Positions 62,288 to 64,000 of a stretch of DNA of 64,000 nucleotides are shown here, piece after piece; position 1 is the first letter of the stretch, and each line of letters begins with the position of its first letter. Both the position numbers and the translations under genes were made by a program. Source of the DNA: a virus (taxonomy: Duplodnaviria; Caudoviricetes); IMG/VR virus record IMGVR_UViG_3300013126_000027, positions 2,030-66,029 of that record, one strand, 5' to 3'. Under the pieces are notes generated by a model. That model saw only the letters and a program-made list of their open reading frames with translations, was not told the DNA's origin and did no database searches.

Positions 62288-64000
62288 TCAGAATGTGCCG
62301 CCATCTATATTCGCTACGATTGTTCCTATTGCGTATCCAGCACCACCGTCATTGACGGTCGTTGTTGGTTCGACTCCACCCGACAGACCCGTGAATAACT
62401 TGTACTTTCCGCTGTCCGATGCATCTCGGAAAAGACCCGTGAATCTCTTTCCGCCTGTTGGGGTGTATTGTGCATAGAATCCAAGGTCAACGCTGTCGGC
62501 TGCGTTGCCTGTTCCAAGCATGAACAGGGGGTCTTCGACCACGAATGTATCGACATTCGCAGTAACCACCGTGCCGTTGACGGTGAGGTTTCCAGGAATC
62601 ACGATGTCGTTGGCAAGAGTCGCAGTCACCGTATTGGATGTGTTGGAGAACACGATGTTCGGGGTCGCGCCGCCCGTGAAGGTCAGCGTGTTGCCGAGGC
62701 TCAATGTGCTGTTTCCGCCTGCTGCGACAGTCACGGAGGAATTGGCAAGTTGAGTGTTGCTCACTCCCGCAGTCTTGATCGTCACATCTCCACCAGCACT
62801 CACATCAAACGATGCGCTGTTGAAGGATGCGACACCCGTAAGGCTTGTCGATGCAACCCGTGCGTTCACGGTGTTTGCCGCACCGCTCTGCGTGAACAGG
62901 ATTGCCCCTGCACCGGTCAGGGTGATTGCGCCGCTTGCACCATTGAATGTCGTGACTGCCGATGTGATGTTCTGTCCATTGGGAAGGATGAGTCCCGTGT
63001 CCACCTCCACCGTTCCCGTGAAGGTCGCACCAACTGCTTGGATGCGCGAGGCAAATGTGGCACCCTGTGAGACATAGAGATGGTTTGAAGTCAATCCACC
63101 ATTGAATGTTCCAAGACCCGATGTTGTCAATGAGGTCAGGGTTCCGACAGATGTGATGTTGGGTTGTGAAGCGGTATTCAGGGTTCCCGTGATTCCACCG
63201 GCGGAACTGATGCCACCCGAACCGACATCAAGCCTCGTAAGTGTTCCTACTGCGGTGATGTTTGGCTGTGAAGCAGTTGACAGCGTAGCGGATACAGCAC
63301 TTGCAAATGTTGCACCGTTAGAAACATAGAGATGGTTTGAAGTCAATCCTGCATTCATGGTCTGAAGACCCGTGAATGTGTTTGAACCTGTCGTTGCTAT
63401 TCCTGTTACGGCACCAGTTGAACCATTCACGCTGACCACATAGTTGGCTGTCAGGCTGACCGCTCCTGCGGCAGACACGACAAACTGATTGCCAAACGAA
63501 GCAACGCCGGTGACCGATGCTGATGCCAACCGAGCATCAAAGGTTCCTGTCTTTCCTGACTGTGTGAACAGGACTGCTCCTGCACCTGTAATCGTGATTG
63601 GACCTGTTTGACCATTCACACTTGCAACGGTGGTGTTGACCAAGGCAACGGTTCCGCTTGCGCCTGGAAGGGTTATTACGCCATTACTTACAGGAGTGAA
63701 TACCAAACTCTGCGTGGTGTCGAATGGTCCCCCCCCATAAAAAAGTATGTCAGAATTCGCAGCACGAAGATACATGGTTTTCGATGACAGATCGTCATAT
63801 GAGATAACAAAACCTTCCACGGTCTGATTCGTGCTAAAGTTGTTGTCAACATTCGTCTTTGCGACATTCGTGATGGCACCCGTAGAACCATTTACCGAAA
63901 ACACATAGTTTGATGTCAGGCTGACTGCACCCGCAGCAGTCACCACGAACTGATTGCCGAATGATGCAGCACCGGTGACCGTAGCGGATGCAACGGGGAC
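62288..64000 (-). CDS. Tail fibre-like protein (3' part; start beyond window end)
   Basis: Open frame to the window end. Contains QPNIT and ASFGNQFVV modules shared with 11317-15192, GNLTVNGT...VEDP, terminal IDGGTF. Confidence 0.8.
   Translation of the reverse strand, partial: VPVASATVTGAASFGNQFVVTAAGAVSLTSNYVFSVNGSTGAITNVAKTNVDNNFSTNQTVEGFVISYDDLSSKTMYLRAANSDILFYGGGPFDTTQSLVFTPVSNGVITLPGASGTVALVNTTVASVNGQTGPITITGAGAVLFTQSGKTGTFDARLASASVTGVASFGNQFVVSAAGAVSLTANYVVSVNGSTGAVTGIATTGSNTFTGLQTMNAGLTSNHLYVSNGATFASAVSATLSTASQPNITAVGTLTRLDVGSGGISSAGGITGTLNTASQPNITSVGTLTSLTTSGLGTFNGGLTSNHLYVSQGATFASRIQAVGATFTGTVEVDTGLILPNGQNITSAVTTFNGASGAITLTGAGAILFTQSGAANTVNARVASTSLTGVASFNSASFDVSAGGDVTIKTAGVSNTQLANSSVTVAAGGNSTLSLGNTLTFTGGATPNIVFSNTSNTVTATLANDIVIPGNLTVNGTVVTANVDTFVVEDPLFMLGTGNAADSVDLGFYAQYTPTGGKRFTGLFRDASDSGKYKLFTGLSGGVEPTTTVNDGGAGYAIGTIVANIDGGTF

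Noticed and set aside
1-64000. Stop-codon reassignment
   Set aside because: Core genes are full length in the standard code and end at TAA, TGA or TAG. The only tRNA is a normal Glu(TTC).

Overview
This window is 64 kb of a large T4-like myovirus genome. Most of it is the late morphogenesis region: tail sheath gp18 (partial), terminase gp17/gp16, neck gp13-15, an accessory fibre/adhesin block with a GT2-TPR glycosyltransferase, baseplate gp6/7/8/25/53/48, spike gp5 plus PAAR, and an oppositely oriented gp4-gp2-gp54-gp26-gp51-tape measure block. A replication/transcription cluster follows (gp32, gp59, gp33, exonuclease, DenV-like glycosylase, tRNA-Glu, RuvC-like resolvase), then a class II ribonucleotide reductase and more fibre genes. 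Main observations: (1) nrdJ is split at its catalytic NPC|SEI loop by an NrdJ-1-type split intein, with an out-of-frame PD-(D/E)XK endonuclease between the halves and a second, cis-acting mini-intein in the C-terminal half. (2) A late-promoter GT2-TPR enzyme co-occurs with a pervasive G-x-T-(G/A) motif in virion proteins, a candidate virion O-glycosylation system. (3) Four fibre genes up to 51 kb apart share near-identical DNA modules. (4) A dyad-symmetric bidirectional late promoter/RBS cassette drives two non-AUG genes. (5) gp5 has a long C-terminal extension and a 1.4-kaa protein lies between gp5 and PAAR. (6) An early operon carries a 63% acidic mini-protein. All family assignments come from motif recognition and synteny, not database searches.
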